52,283 nucleotides of DNA from a virus (IMGVR_UViG_3300020171_000039:1-52283), one strand, 5' to 3'; positions 8,433 to 19,495 are shown, counted from the stretch's first letter. A program made the numbers and translations. Notes: generated from the sequence alone by a model not told the origin.

Positions 8433-11400
8433 CTAACGAGTCAAGCGGGCGACTGCCACCGCTGAGATCGAACGACTGAAGATATCGAACGTGCTACCAG
8501 TGCTGGTCATATACACTCCGATAGAGTGCTCTCCTGGAGCGAGCTCTACGACTCCAGAACCTGCAACAGGCTTCTTCTCATTGGCTGTCCCGAAGTTCAG
8601 AGACCCGTAAAGTCCTGTCGTGTCTTGGATCTCACCGTCAACAACAAGTCCGTAGGTGAATGTGTTACCGGTCGCAGCATCCTCTTCCACGATGAAATGG
8701 AAGTTGACCAAGTACGCTGCAGGCTCTTCGTTGACGACGGTGATCCAGCAGTCGAACATCGCAGCGTCAACGGTCGAATCGAAGTTCGCTACTTCGACGA
8801 GATTCCCAGACCAAGCACTGGAGTTGTTCTCGCGCTCAGGCGCAGGTAGGTAGCTCGGGAGCCTCTGATACGCTCCTTGTCCGACGAAGTCGTTACGCGG
8901 GATCCGCTCATCCAATAGGGCTCGATAGGTCGAACCCTTGTTGATCCTAACGTCGTAGCACTCGACGATAGTTGCCACACCAGGCCCGGTCTGGCGAATC
9001 TCGATCGTCGTCCAGTCGTAGAAGGACGGAGGAACAATAATCGTATTGAAGGTCCACGCTGTCGCAGCTCCGTTACGATAGATCGTCGCAGTCCCTAACG
9101 TCCCTCGAATCACTAGCTGAGTGACATCCCCTGGAACCTGGAAGAAGATCGAAGCGACGTCGGTAAGCTGGATTGCTACCCCTGCACGGTATGCTGGATT
9201 GAACGATGCAACCGCATTCACTCCTGAGACAAACATAGACTTGTAGTGGAACCGGGTCCAGCCTCGTCCAGGATCCTTGGGATCGTTCGCTAGGTGAATC
9301 AAGTTCTCTCCATGACGATCCATGACAGCTAAAGCCAACTCGTCTACGACCTCGGAGTAGTCTTGGGTATAGACTGTGAATCCTTCGAGGACGAACACAA
9401 GATTCGAACCGACATACGGAGCTGCGGACGATTCGAGCTGGATCGTGTGGTACCCCATCGGAAGGTCTCGACAGACGCGGAGAGCTCCTCCTCGAATTTG
9501 AGCCAGCGTATATGTCCCGACTGTGTAACCATCGATCCAGACGTTGAACGGCTCGATGGTGGTAGCGTCGTATTGCGAGGCATACGGGACGTGGATATCC
9601 ATCCCGGTCCCGTAGAATCCGATCCGGATAAAGGCTCCTGCAACATCGAAGAGGTTCACCATGAACTTCCCGAGAGTCGTATCGTAAGTCCCTTCGACGT
9701 CATTGCAAACTAGGATCGTCGAGTCGTCGGATGATACGTACGAACAGTCTCCGACAGTGTTGATGTCAAGATCTAGGACGTCCTCGAACGGTGACGCGTT
9801 CTCTTGTCCCGACGCCATTGACATCAGATTGAACGTCCTCTTCCGGACTCGGATCTCATTCATCGGCAGTCTGGTCAGGTAGGTCGCCCCGTAGTAATCG
9901 ACAGTGACTGCTCCGTTGTACCCGATGTTAGCATCAGTAGTTACCGACGTCGGAGTCATCGCCTCGATGTATCTATAGACCTGGTTGCCTGTTGCGACCT
10001 CCTCAATCACAAGCATATCTCCGTAGCGGTAGCCTTCCTGCGCTGGATCGAGAGACGTCGCTGTCACCGTAGGAGAAGCTGCAGCTGCTGTCCCCGAGAT
10101 CTGAGTCTTCTCTGCAACAGGGTACAGATGAGATTTGATCAACGAATCCTTACCGATGGCGAAGACATTAGATCCGCCCTTCCACGAAGCAACCCCTCCC
10201 AAGGCCAGAGCCTTGTCGGTAGCTGCCAGCGTCACCTTCTTCCCGTCAATATACCCGGTCCCGGGTGCCATGAACCCGTAGGATGACCCGTAGTAGGTAT
10301 CTCCTAGGATTCTGAATCCTGCGAGGTAGAACAACCCTGTCCCAGCTGACGAAGCTACAACGATACGAATCGTATGAACTCCGAGAGACAACGGACAGAA
10401 CGCTCCGAGTAACAACGTCTCAGCATTCTCGATCGGAGCTTCTTGGACATACCTGTCCAATTTTCCATCGAAAATTCCTGAGGTCGAAGCGACTGAATAA
10501 TCGGTCTGGACCCGGCGTCCATCGATCCAGACGACGAGATCAGCCATCCCATTCGAGTCTCCTCGAACCAACGGGATAGCTCCTCGTCCCCAGAACGTGA
10601 ATTCGACGAATGATCCTCGCCCTGCAGCGTCGTCCTGGAACTTGATATACCCGGCCTCGGACTTGATATACCCTCCGTATAGAAGACGTTGGTCCCGTGG
10701 ATCTTGGTACAACGGCTCGCCTCCGTAGACTCCGGAGACTCCGTCGCGATTCATCTGTGAAGGATCCCAGACTCGGGAAGGAGGATTCACGTAGACTCGG
10801 TCGTCCTGACCGATCGTCCTAAGATCCCCGAGATTAAGGCCTCGGGGATTGTTGTCTGTCGTGATCATACCATCGTTCGAAGTTGCAGGAGGCTCGTCTT
10901 CGATCTGCTCTTCGTAATCGAAGACTAACACATCTCCGGTGTCTTTCCCGAGGATCCTGTGAGGCTCTCCCGCTGTGTCCCAGAAGAGGTAATGAGTGTA
11001 CGCTGACTCATCAACCATCGGGATATCAACGGCTCCGGCGAAGGTAACAGCGCACCACCTGAACTCGTAGGTCAACCCTGCCAGAGCGGCAGGGAACGCT
11101 CGATCAAGCGTCACCGTCGTTGCATTGACAATCGCTACGACACGGTAGACCCCGTTCGAACCAGGAGCGACTGCATCGTTAAGGAACAGAATCGAACCGA
11201 CAAGGACAGCTAGACCTGCGGCATCGCTGAAGTCGGTGACCACAGCTCCGGCTTGTGTTACTCCGGCGATCCCTCCTAGAGTTGTTCTAGCAGCTGTGAA
11301 CACCGTGACCAACGAGTTTACCCAATGGAGTTCTCCTCGAACAATCGCACCTTGCCACTTCGTAGCGAATCCTACAGTTAAGTCCGAGTTCCTCGCAACG

Positions 11401-14400
11401 TCTAACCAGTCTCCGCCGTCATTAACAGTCCTGATCCTGTGACGTTTACCCGCTCCGTCGATGAACACGTCATCGACTTCGACGCCCGAGAAGTCGACAG
11501 GACCCGCGAACTGGACACGACCTGAAGCCGCTGTGTAGACATACCCTACGAGAGCGAGATTGACGAAGATGACCTGGGGATTCTCGGAGATCGTGCTTCC
11601 TTCCCCGATCCAGTCTCCGAGTCCTGTTGTCCACGCCTCCTTAGCACTCGTAGCCAGGCTCTCGTAGACCACAGAACCTAGAGGAGGCGGAGTTGTCCCG
11701 AAGCTTACAGCCTGGCCATCCTGGATCGATGCTCCGTCGCAAAGATAGATCCGGTCCCCGATCCGGACAGCAAGGATCAACACATCGTGACCTTCTACCA
11801 ACGGAGTCGCCTTCGAGACTATTGTAGGAACTACATCTATGATCCCTGCTGCAGTCCTGACCAAAGAGACAACGACTCGGTCGCCATTGATCATCGGAGT
11901 CATCGGCGACGCTGTCGACAGGATCCGGTTGTACCCTGTAGTGAATGGGAGATCAATCAGGAGATCGACATCCCACGACAAGGTCTGTGTCGCCAGATCC
12001 CACGAGATCAGAGCTTCAGACCCGTACCTCAAGTTCCTGTCCTGGTTCTCCTTCGATCTGTCACGGATCCCGAGGAAGATCGTAGAGTCGTCTAAGGTAG
12101 AGTCGAGAACAACCCCTCCGAAGGCTTGATAGGCCTGGACCACGACGGAGGTTGAGCCTACAGCGATGTCAATTAAGGTTACATCTAAGCGACCAATCGA
12201 GATCTGAGAACCTCCATTGATCGTGAAGGTCGTATCCAGTAACGACAAGACCCGACCGAACGCGAAGTTTATCCCATCGACAACGATGTCTATCGGATTC
12301 GCTGATTGATTCACTCCGAGGAGCTCGTCGATCGTAGCGTCTTGTGTCCCAGTGAACGTCAGAGTCGAGACGCCTGAACCAGGAGGGGAGATCGCTAAGA
12401 TCCGGTCGAATCTTGAGTACATCTCGCCTCGCCCAGGGAACTGAGCGAGGCCTCCGACAGAACCTGCCAGGAGCTTGTAGTGATTCGCCAGACCAGGTCC
12501 GAAGTCGGACAAGTCAATAGCTGTCAACGCACTCCAAGTCCAACCATCAACTCGAAGATCGAACTCACTGAGACTGTTCTGCTTGAACACGATCCCGGTG
12601 TCGGAGCTGAGTTGGATCTTGGCACGCTCGACGTGTTCGACTTCGACTCCGGCTCCGACAAGAGCCAAGTTCTCGGCTCCGTTACGCTGCTTGATGACCC
12701 GGATCGACCCGGTATCGTCAGCGATGTTGTACGTATTCAGCAGTACAACTGAGAACGACCACGCGTTGACGACGTAGACCCATCCTGTGAACAACGTACC
12801 TGCAACAGCTGCATAGAGCTCGACCTTGTCTCCAGCAACGAACCTACAGTTCGCAGGATCAGTTCCGATCTGGTACGGAGCTGTGATAGCAATCGTGTAC
12901 AAATTGTAACCTAGAGGAAGTCCTGGAGGAGCTCCCGCGATTGCTGCTACCCAGGTCTGGGCGATGTGATTGCCTACGATTGCTCTTCCTGAGAAGATCA
13001 GAGTATCTCCAGTCTCTGATACAACCCGACCAGGTCCTCGGAGTGTCGTCATTGACGGGATCCAGAAGTCTTCATAGATCGGCTGATGTCCTTCGACGAA
13101 GACGTCGATCTCGGGATTGGCTTCGACAATCGTAGCTGCTCCGAGAACAGCACCTCTGCGACGAAGATACCAAGTCACCCACTCCATAGCATCTTCGAGA
13201 GCGGTTGCTCCGAAGAAGTCCCCGGGCATCTCAGTTCCAAGGAGGTCTCCGCGCTTGGCTCTGACCCTGACCCTACGATCCGATGATACAGCGAGGTAAG
13301 GCCTTGTTTCGATCACGGAATCGTCGACATAGATCTCGCCGAGCACAACCACGTCCTGGCTCTTGTAGTACCTATCGTCAAGAGCATTCAGAGCCGTCAA
13401 GATCTGCGACATCGTCGGAGCGACGGGATCATTGGCTACGATCGCTGGAATTCCTCCTACCAGCACGGTCTCAAGTTGAGCAACCTCGAGCTTCGAGTCC
13501 CAAGGACGGATCATCACCAACGAATCGATCCGGTGCTGACCAGCCGCTGCAAGAGCTGGAACTGCTGCAGAACCGATTTCTACCTCGGACCTGAGCAAGG
13601 TACCGGCTGGAGTGATCGCTGTCCCTGGAGGAAGGTTGATAGTCCCTGGAGCTCCGAAGTCTTGGTACATGTGCAGACCAGACAAAATCCCTGCCTGGAA
13701 CTGTCCTGGTTCATACTTCTGGACATCTTGGATCAGCTGCGAAGTCCTGTCGAAGTAACGGAACGTACAAGCTGTAACAGCAACAGCTCCGGCAGGAACT
13801 TCACAGGTCCCGATCCAGATATCGTTCGGAGTCAGCCCGGGGTAACGATACGTCGAGAATGCCCGATTGGTCCCTCCTACAGGGAAGAACTCATCTACTC
13901 GAAGTTCGTTGTCTGACACGATCTCGGTGACGGTGTACTCGCCGTTGTCACCAAAGTCGATCAGATCTTGGATCCGCAGGATATCACCCTGGGCGACGTT
14001 GGCTACGAAACCTCCGATCACAGAGGTCAGAGTTCTACCACTACACAACCCGTCAGCTACCCCGGCCCAATGTGTACAGCTCGAAGCGAAGTAGCTCGCT
14101 GCGTTAGGAGGCAACGAGGCGTTGTAGACGTAGCGGCAATAGATCAGATCCATCCGCCACGAGACACCACCAACGACTAGCAAGATCTCGTTATCCTGGC
14201 ACTCGTCCTCTTCTACTACGACACAATCTGTCGTCAGGATCCGACCGATGGCTTGGGTGATTCGGAAGTTTAGCAAGGTCAACGCTGGAACTGCCCAGTT
14301 CCGGTTGAGGTCGATGTTGTTATCGTTAACGACAACGGTCACGAAGTAGTCACCGTTGTTTCCTGAGTTAACAGGATCTGCGATCGTGACAACCATCCCG

Positions 14401-14654
14401 ACAGTGACACCTAACAAGAACCCACCAGCAACCGAAGTCAACCTGTTCGGAGCCGTAGCGACTCCGTCAATCCCTGTGAGTGATGCGAAGGTCTCGTCGT
14501 GGTCATGGAGGAATGCCAAGTTCATCCCTCCTAGACTTCCTGGAACGAACTTGTACCCCTTGTAGACTCCGTAGGGCTCGATGCCTCTGATCCGATTGTT
14601 CAGTAACAGCGTGGCATCATCGGCTTCGTAGTCGAACGTTCGAGTCTGTGACAT
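8433..14654 (-). CDS. Large tail fibre / baseplate-attached receptor-binding protein (2073 aa)
   Basis: Beta-rich, follows the wedge genes; repeated inserted modules; two carbohydrate-binding-like domains (FTFWGRG...WIDG...GVHTIRI and GFYGTG...WIDG...GYHTIQL). Confidence 0.7.
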   Translation of the reverse strand: MSQTRTFDYEADDATLLLNNRIRGIEPYGVYKGYKFVPGSLGGMNLAFLHDHDETFASLTGIDGVATAPNRLTSVAGGFLLGVTVGMVVTIADPVNSGNNGDYFVTVVVNDNNIDLNRNWAVPALTLLNFRITQAIGRILTTDCVVVEEDECQDNEILLVVGGVSWRMDLIYCRYVYNASLPPNAASYFASSCTHWAGVADGLCSGRTLTSVIGGFVANVAQGDILRIQDLIDFGDNGEYTVTEIVSDNELRVDEFFPVGGTNRAFSTYRYPGLTPNDIWIGTCEVPAGAVAVTACTFRYFDRTSQLIQDVQKYEPGQFQAGILSGLHMYQDFGAPGTINLPPGTAITPAGTLLRSEVEIGSAAVPALAAAGQHRIDSLVMIRPWDSKLEVAQLETVLVGGIPAIVANDPVAPTMSQILTALNALDDRYYKSQDVVVLGEIYVDDSVIETRPYLAVSSDRRVRVRAKRGDLLGTEMPGDFFGATALEDAMEWVTWYLRRRGAVLGAATIVEANPEIDVFVEGHQPIYEDFWIPSMTTLRGPGRVVSETGDTLIFSGRAIVGNHIAQTWVAAIAGAPPGLPLGYNLYTIAITAPYQIGTDPANCRFVAGDKVELYAAVAGTLFTGWVYVVNAWSFSVVLLNTYNIADDTGSIRVIKQRNGAENLALVGAGVEVEHVERAKIQLSSDTGIVFKQNSLSEFDLRVDGWTWSALTAIDLSDFGPGLANHYKLLAGSVGGLAQFPGRGEMYSRFDRILAISPPGSGVSTLTFTGTQDATIDELLGVNQSANPIDIVVDGINFAFGRVLSLLDTTFTINGGSQISIGRLDVTLIDIAVGSTSVVVQAYQAFGGVVLDSTLDDSTIFLGIRDRSKENQDRNLRYGSEALISWDLATQTLSWDVDLLIDLPFTTGYNRILSTASPMTPMINGDRVVVSLVRTAAGIIDVVPTIVSKATPLVEGHDVLILAVRIGDRIYLCDGASIQDGQAVSFGTTPPPLGSVVYESLATSAKEAWTTGLGDWIGEGSTISENPQVIFVNLALVGYVYTAASGRVQFAGPVDFSGVEVDDVFIDGAGKRHRIRTVNDGGDWLDVARNSDLTVGFATKWQGAIVRGELHWVNSLVTVFTAARTTLGGIAGVTQAGAVVTDFSDAAGLAVLVGSILFLNDAVAPGSNGVYRVVAIVNATTVTLDRAFPAALAGLTYEFRWCAVTFAGAVDIPMVDESAYTHYLFWDTAGEPHRILGKDTGDVLVFDYEEQIEDEPPATSNDGMITTDNNPRGLNLGDLRTIGQDDRVYVNPPSRVWDPSQMNRDGVSGVYGGEPLYQDPRDQRLLYGGYIKSEAGYIKFQDDAAGRGSFVEFTFWGRGAIPLVRGDSNGMADLVVWIDGRRVQTDYSVASTSGIFDGKLDRYVQEAPIENAETLLLGAFCPLSLGVHTIRIVVASSAGTGLFYLAGFRILGDTYYGSSYGFMAPGTGYIDGKKVTLAATDKALALGGVASWKGGSNVFAIGKDSLIKSHLYPVAEKTQISGTAAAASPTVTATSLDPAQEGYRYGDMLVIEEVATGNQVYRYIEAMTPTSVTTDANIGYNGAVTVDYYGATYLTRLPMNEIRVRKRTFNLMSMASGQENASPFEDVLDLDINTVGDCSYVSSDDSTILVCNDVEGTYDTTLGKFMVNLFDVAGAFIRIGFYGTGMDIHVPYASQYDATTIEPFNVWIDGYTVGTYTLAQIRGGALRVCRDLPMGYHTIQLESSAAPYVGSNLVFVLEGFTVYTQDYSEVVDELALAVMDRHGENLIHLANDPKDPGRGWTRFHYKSMFVSGVNAVASFNPAYRAGVAIQLTDVASIFFQVPGDVTQLVIRGTLGTATIYRNGAATAWTFNTIIVPPSFYDWTTIEIRQTGPGVATIVECYDVRINKGSTYRALLDERIPRNDFVGQGAYQRLPSYLPAPERENNSSAWSGNLVEVANFDSTVDAAMFDCWITVVNEEPAAYLVNFHFIVEEDAATGNTFTYGLVVDGEIQDTTGLYGSLNFGTANEKKPVAGSGVVELAPGEHSIGVYMTSTGSTFDIFSRSISAVAVARLTR

Positions 14655-14813
14655 AACCGCCTCCGGGTCTTCTTCTTTTGGGGGAACCCTTAAGGGTTTC
14701 CCTTTTCTTCTTTTAACGTCCTTATACTTGTCTTATCTTCTTACTTAGCTAGAGTAATACAAGAAGAACAGCATAAGACTTCTCTTCTCTCCCCATAAGG
14801 GGTTCTCTTCATT
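14655..14813. promoter_or_regulatory. AT-rich, purine-skewed intergenic element with two related hairpins
   Basis: GGGAACCC-TTAA-GGGTTTCC near 14682-14701 and CCCC-ATAA-GGGG near 14791-14802. Confidence 0.45.
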
Positions 14814-17408
14814 TCAACCAACGACTTTGAGGAACTGCGGTGAATGCAATTCGACTTGTCGTTGGATATACGACCAGATCTGGTCGGCACTTGGAACAGC
14901 CGGGATGATCAGGTACGAGACTCCGGCAGCCCCTCCTATAGGCCAATCCTCTGTGATGTCGAGAGTTCCAGGTCCTACAACCGAGTTAACAAGGTAGTCT
15001 CCGAGATCAACACTGTCTAGAAGACGAACCATATCCCCTGGGCGTACGCCTGCGGTCACGAAATTACCAGCGACTGTCGTTAACTGACGGACAGCGAACG
15101 CTGAAGTCACTCCGTCGACTTGACCTTCCATCGGATTGTCGTTATCATACAAGTCCATCGAGAACAACGCTCTCCGAGACTTGGCATTCCAGGTGTCGAA
15201 GTTGATTCCCGAGTCGAACGGGATCCCAGAATCGAAGTGGACCCGGGCAAGTGTCGTCTCCGTCTTCGCTCTGAGACCGTAGAACCGGATCAAGGCCTGG
15301 ATCGCTGCAAGGATCCCGACCTTCGGAGCTAACCAGGCCCGGAGCTGGGCATAGACCCTGACTCTGTCCACTGGGTAGGTCTCGAGAGTCCGGGGATTAA
15401 CGACCTCGTTGATGTCAGGGATTCCTAGCATCACCAACAGCTTCGACAAGACCGCTGGAAGCGCATCTGTCGTGGAAGCAGGGAGGACGTAGCGTTGCTG
15501 ATCCCGGAGTCGATCGAAGAACAACCCCAGCATCCTGAACAACCTCGCTGTGTCCCCTTGAGGATCCCCAGGGAAGTCTCGTCTCACAGTCTCCCCAGCC
15601 GAGGTGACAAGATCAGGCCCAGAGACCCACAACAGATCCTTGTTCTCCAAGATCGTCTCGGGAATCATTCGACTCGTCCCGAGGATGTCTCGGTAATGAG
15701 TCCCTGTGGTCTTGTCCGATCCCGACCAAGCTTCAGCTGTTCCAGCTCGGATCCAGGAGGTATCGAATGCGTAGATCGTATGCCTCGGTGCTGTCTGGAA
15801 CCTGATCTCGTCGACTTGCCCAGGCCACGATTGGACCCCGGCCATCTGAGCTCCCCAGGCTATCGAGTCGATCTGGCCCGGTGCGATCGGAGGCCCTAGA
15901 GGCCCTTGAATAGGCGGGTCTTCGTCGAGCTGGATAGTCAAGAAGCCTCCGACAGCGTCCCAGCTGACAACGATACGATGCCACAGCGCTGTATTCGGGG
16001 TCGGTACGACGACTGTGACAGGGCCTCCGCCTGCGTCATACGTGAGAACAATGAACGGGTCGAGCTTGGTCACGAGGATGTACTCAGGTCCTATCGAGTT
16101 CATCCCGTGAAACAACGTATAAGGGTTGGCATCGGTCCACACTCCGACAGGACACTTGACGAAGAACTCGACCTGACCGGTGTCGGAAGGGTAAGGTCCT
16201 ATAGCTGCTAACGGAGAGAAGTCGACCCAGTCAGCCGGTCCGGGAAGGTCTATGCAGTTCGAGAACTTCCCTCCAGCTACCACCGCTGCGGTTCCGTTAA
16301 GGATCCCAGGCGCACCTGCACCGGCTGTAGCGACTCCGAGAATCGCTCCGCCAATATCGGTCTCGGCATGGTAAAGTTCCAGAGTCTCTTGATCAACATC
16401 AGGCTTCTCTAGAACGAACAACTCGACGAGGAAGTCTCCGTCTAGTACTTCGAGACGACGAGCAGTTCTTCCGTCGTACCTGACCCCGTCGCGTGTACCC
16501 AACCACGCAGTCACGTGCAGCCCTAATCGAGCCGGAAGCGTCGAGTAGATCGTGGTGTTGATCGCATTGGCTGTGGTATCGATCGCGTAGATCCGATACC
16601 CCGAGCCTACATAGACCTCGGTCCAACCAGGATCAACCGCCAACCCGACGAGGTCATCCCCGAGGTAACCCCAGTCTAGAGTTCCTAAGATAGCTCCGGC
16701 GTTGTCAACGGCGATTAATGTCGAAGAGTTGTTATCGAGGACGTAGAATATCAACGGGAACCCTGCTCCATCCAGAGACATCACAACTCCGGTCGGCTCG
16801 ACGTTCTGGAGAGCAGTCTGTAACGAGTACAACACTTGCCCTTCAAAGATCCCGAAGACTTGATCTTGGGTCATGAAGAACTGAGTCATCTGTCCCGAGC
16901 CAGGGGGATAGTCGATCTCTCCGATAGCACACTTGATCCCTTGGGGTACGTTCGTATACATCGTCTCTGCAGAGACGTACCCTCGTTCGAGATCGTAGGT
17001 GATCTGCGAGTATCCCTGAGGACCTCGTCCTACGATCCTAACATATCCGGCTACTAAGCCTTCTTGGATCCCGTAGACCACGTAGAAGAACCGATCGACT
17101 CGGTGCCCTGTTACTAACGGGTGATGAATCGGGCGGTTGTACTCGCACCACGCTGCGTAGTAGTACCCGGTGTCGGCTGCTAACCCAGCGCTCTCTGAGA
17201 GGGCGTCAGGGAAGTTCGCGACCCACTCCCCTACCAAGGTACCCTCGGTCTCGGAAACAGCGTGGTGGAGAGCTGAGCGTCGCAGCCTCAACTTCTTCAT
17301 CACAACGGTCTCTCCGGAGTATTCGAAGGCGACGTTGATCTGAGGCGTCTCTAACGACGTCGAGGCTGTGAACAACGATAGAAAGTCTGGAACAGGGTAG
17401 CTCATCAC
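14814..17408 (-). CDS. Baseplate wedge protein (gp7/tail protein I-like) with LamG-like domain
   Basis: Follows the gp6-like gene; central LamG-like WHRIVVSWD...GQVDEIRF; C-terminal RLFRMLGLFFD...KVGILAAIQALIRFYG. Confidence 0.65.
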   Translation of the reverse strand: MMSYPVPDFLSLFTASTSLETPQINVAFEYSGETVVMKKLRLRRSALHHAVSETEGTLVGEWVANFPDALSESAGLAADTGYYYAAWCEYNRPIHHPLVTGHRVDRFFYVVYGIQEGLVAGYVRIVGRGPQGYSQITYDLERGYVSAETMYTNVPQGIKCAIGEIDYPPGSGQMTQFFMTQDQVFGIFEGQVLYSLQTALQNVEPTGVVMSLDGAGFPLIFYVLDNNSSTLIAVDNAGAILGTLDWGYLGDDLVGLAVDPGWTEVYVGSGYRIYAIDTTANAINTTIYSTLPARLGLHVTAWLGTRDGVRYDGRTARRLEVLDGDFLVELFVLEKPDVDQETLELYHAETDIGGAILGVATAGAGAPGILNGTAAVVAGGKFSNCIDLPGPADWVDFSPLAAIGPYPSDTGQVEFFVKCPVGVWTDANPYTLFHGMNSIGPEYILVTKLDPFIVLTYDAGGGPVTVVVPTPNTALWHRIVVSWDAVGGFLTIQLDEDPPIQGPLGPPIAPGQIDSIAWGAQMAGVQSWPGQVDEIRFQTAPRHTIYAFDTSWIRAGTAEAWSGSDKTTGTHYRDILGTSRMIPETILENKDLLWVSGPDLVTSAGETVRRDFPGDPQGDTARLFRMLGLFFDRLRDQQRYVLPASTTDALPAVLSKLLVMLGIPDINEVVNPRTLETYPVDRVRVYAQLRAWLAPKVGILAAIQALIRFYGLRAKTETTLARVHFDSGIPFDSGINFDTWNAKSRRALFSMDLYDNDNPMEGQVDGVTSAFAVRQLTTVAGNFVTAGVRPGDMVRLLDSVDLGDYLVNSVVGPGTLDITEDWPIGGAAGVSYLIIPAVPSADQIWSYIQRQVELHSPQFLKVVG

Positions 17409-19093
17409 GCATCCTCTTCCGCATAGACAACATCAATACCGAAGTCCGAGTCTTGTCGGAAGTACTGGTACTCGTCGTCTCTGAGTACAATGTTCCCGAG
17501 GTAGGGAGACACAACCAAGTCGTACTCGTCACCGACCTGGAGTGTGTCGACTGTCGTTCCGATGGTGAATGTCAACCCTCCGGACGTGTAAGGAACTCCA
17601 ACGGTCCCCAGGGCCTGGAGCGTGGCACCTCCGACCGAGACGAAGTACTGAGTAGCGTCGAATGCTATGACCAACCAAGACTGAGCCGTGGTCAATGCTG
17701 TACCAACGAGGAAGTTGTAGACGTCAGGAGCCCCGATCCGGTTCTTGATGAACCTCGGTTCACGAGACAACTGGAGGATGTCGGCATAGTCGATATAGCC
17801 ACCATCTCCGATCTCTTCGATCAGCTGGGCGATATCTGACATCTTCTGTCCTCGTCCGATCGCAACGGTCTGGTATTCGATGTCAGCAGCCAACGCGTCC
17901 CAGACCATCCGACTGATCGTACCTCTTGAAACCCGAGGACGACCTGTGGCTAGGACAACTCGGGCAGCTCCGATCATCGGGACCGGAGTCAATGAGAAGC
18001 ACTCGACAACAAGACCTTCGAGTGCAATCCCTTGGAGATACGATTCGAGGTTGGTCAAGAGCGTGAGCGAGGCTGTACCACCTCCGTCTGGCATGACGTA
18101 GACAGCTAGGTGCGAGGCTCGTTCAGCCCGGACCTTGACCTTGTAGACCCCGGGATACGCTTCGGCCAAAGGCTTACAGTCTGTGACATTCCTTACGTAC
18201 CCGTACGAGAGGTAATGCCCAGGAGCTTCGTCCTTGATCTCTTGGACTGTGGGACTGTAAGCTCCGTTAGTCGAAGCAGCGATCTGCGTGAACGACAACG
18301 TCGACGACAACGCTCCGATGATTGTCCGGTACTGGTTCTGGGACATATCGAAGTTGCCGACCTTACCTTCGCACACGACCCAGTCTGCGGTGAGGACATC
18401 CCCGATATCAGGAGGCTTGCCGTAGGTACCATCAGGGAACTCCAGTGTGAGGTATCCTTGGTAATCATAGACAGCCTTGCAGACAAGTTCAGTGTCGTCG
18501 TAGTCCTGGAAGTCGTCGGCTACAGGGATCGCTACGGCGTTGACGTAGACAGCTAGATAAGCCTTGGGAATGTACCTCGTAGCAATCGGATAGGATTGGT
18601 ACGGGCCTCCTGTGGCTACACCTAGAGCTTGCGCTGTGTACCTCTGGCCTTGAATGATCCCGACTTCGACCGAAGTCTCACCGACACCAAGGACCGCTGC
18701 GTCGGCTGTGATACCTTGGAGTGTCGGAGACCCGGTAGTCTTCAGGACGGTGTACTGAGGAATCGGGACAGGTGCTACAGGAGCAGCTCCGAGAGGTTCG
18801 AAGATCCCTTGCGAGGTTGCAGCAGCAGGCCCGGGGTTTTGATAGTTGATTACCGATACGACTCTGAGAGCGTGTTCGACTTTGGTGACGTCCTGCAAGT
18901 TCGACTGACGGAACCTAAAGTCGAGCCCGAAGTGGTTGGTCTCGACCAGGGTGATCAAGTACTCGACCAGCTTCCGGCCTGTCGCAGTCATCGGCAACGA
19001 CTTGATCTTGTCGATATAATAGAGCAGGTACTCCAGAGCTTCGGTCTTAAGCTCTGACAACGTCTGGGTAACCAGGCGAGGTCTCTCAGTCAT
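17405..19093 (-). CDS. gp6: Baseplate wedge protein (T4 gp6 / baseplate J-like)
   Basis: IIQGQ, LEFPDGTYGKPP, GKVGN, IK.EAP and YPGV.K motifs; follows gp25. Confidence 0.8.
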   Translation of the reverse strand: MTERPRLVTQTLSELKTEALEYLLYYIDKIKSLPMTATGRKLVEYLITLVETNHFGLDFRFRQSNLQDVTKVEHALRVVSVINYQNPGPAAATSQGIFEPLGAAPVAPVPIPQYTVLKTTGSPTLQGITADAAVLGVGETSVEVGIIQGQRYTAQALGVATGGPYQSYPIATRYIPKAYLAVYVNAVAIPVADDFQDYDDTELVCKAVYDYQGYLTLEFPDGTYGKPPDIGDVLTADWVVCEGKVGNFDMSQNQYRTIIGALSSTLSFTQIAASTNGAYSPTVQEIKDEAPGHYLSYGYVRNVTDCKPLAEAYPGVYKVKVRAERASHLAVYVMPDGGGTASLTLLTNLESYLQGIALEGLVVECFSLTPVPMIGAARVVLATGRPRVSRGTISRMVWDALAADIEYQTVAIGRGQKMSDIAQLIEEIGDGGYIDYADILQLSREPRFIKNRIGAPDVYNFLVGTALTTAQSWLVIAFDATQYFVSVGGATLQALGTVGVPYTSGGLTFTIGTTVDTLQVGDEYDLVVSPYLGNIVLRDDEYQYFRQDSDFGIDVVYAEEDA

Positions 19094-19094
19094 C

Positions 19095-19487
19095 TCAGCT
19101 TCCTCCCAACGGGAAATTGGCGCTCTTCTTCTCGCCGGTTCTCAAGATCTGATATCCAACAGTCGCTGTGACAGTATGGCCTTCTGCCGTACAAGTCACT
19201 GAGATCCCGGTGATGAAATCGGAGTACTGTTGGAGCCGTACCGGAAGGAACACGATGACCAGCCCCATCAGTTCTTGAGTGTCGTACTGACCCACGGCAT
19301 CGTCCAACCCAGGCCATCCGTCTTCTGCTCCGAACCATTCGTTCCCTGCTACCAGAACAGCGTCCCAGATCCATTGATTGATCAGCTCGTCATCGGACAC
19401 GAACTTCAGTTCTCCGTCAGCCAAGAACTCCAACGGAGAACTCAGGCCTTGCAACGACCCTTTGAATCCTGGAGGTTTCGCTACCAT
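19095..19487 (-). CDS. gp25: Baseplate wedge / sheath initiator (gp25-like)
   Basis: 130 aa, GLSSPL...LINQWI...GNE and VGYQIL pattern; position before gp6. Confidence 0.6.
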   Translation of the reverse strand: MVAKPPGFKGSLQGLSSPLEFLADGELKFVSDDELINQWIWDAVLVAGNEWFGAEDGWPGLDDAVGQYDTQELMGLVIVFLPVRLQQYSDFITGISVTCTAEGHTVTATVGYQILRTGEKKSANFPLGGS

Positions 19488-19495
19488 CTCAGCTC

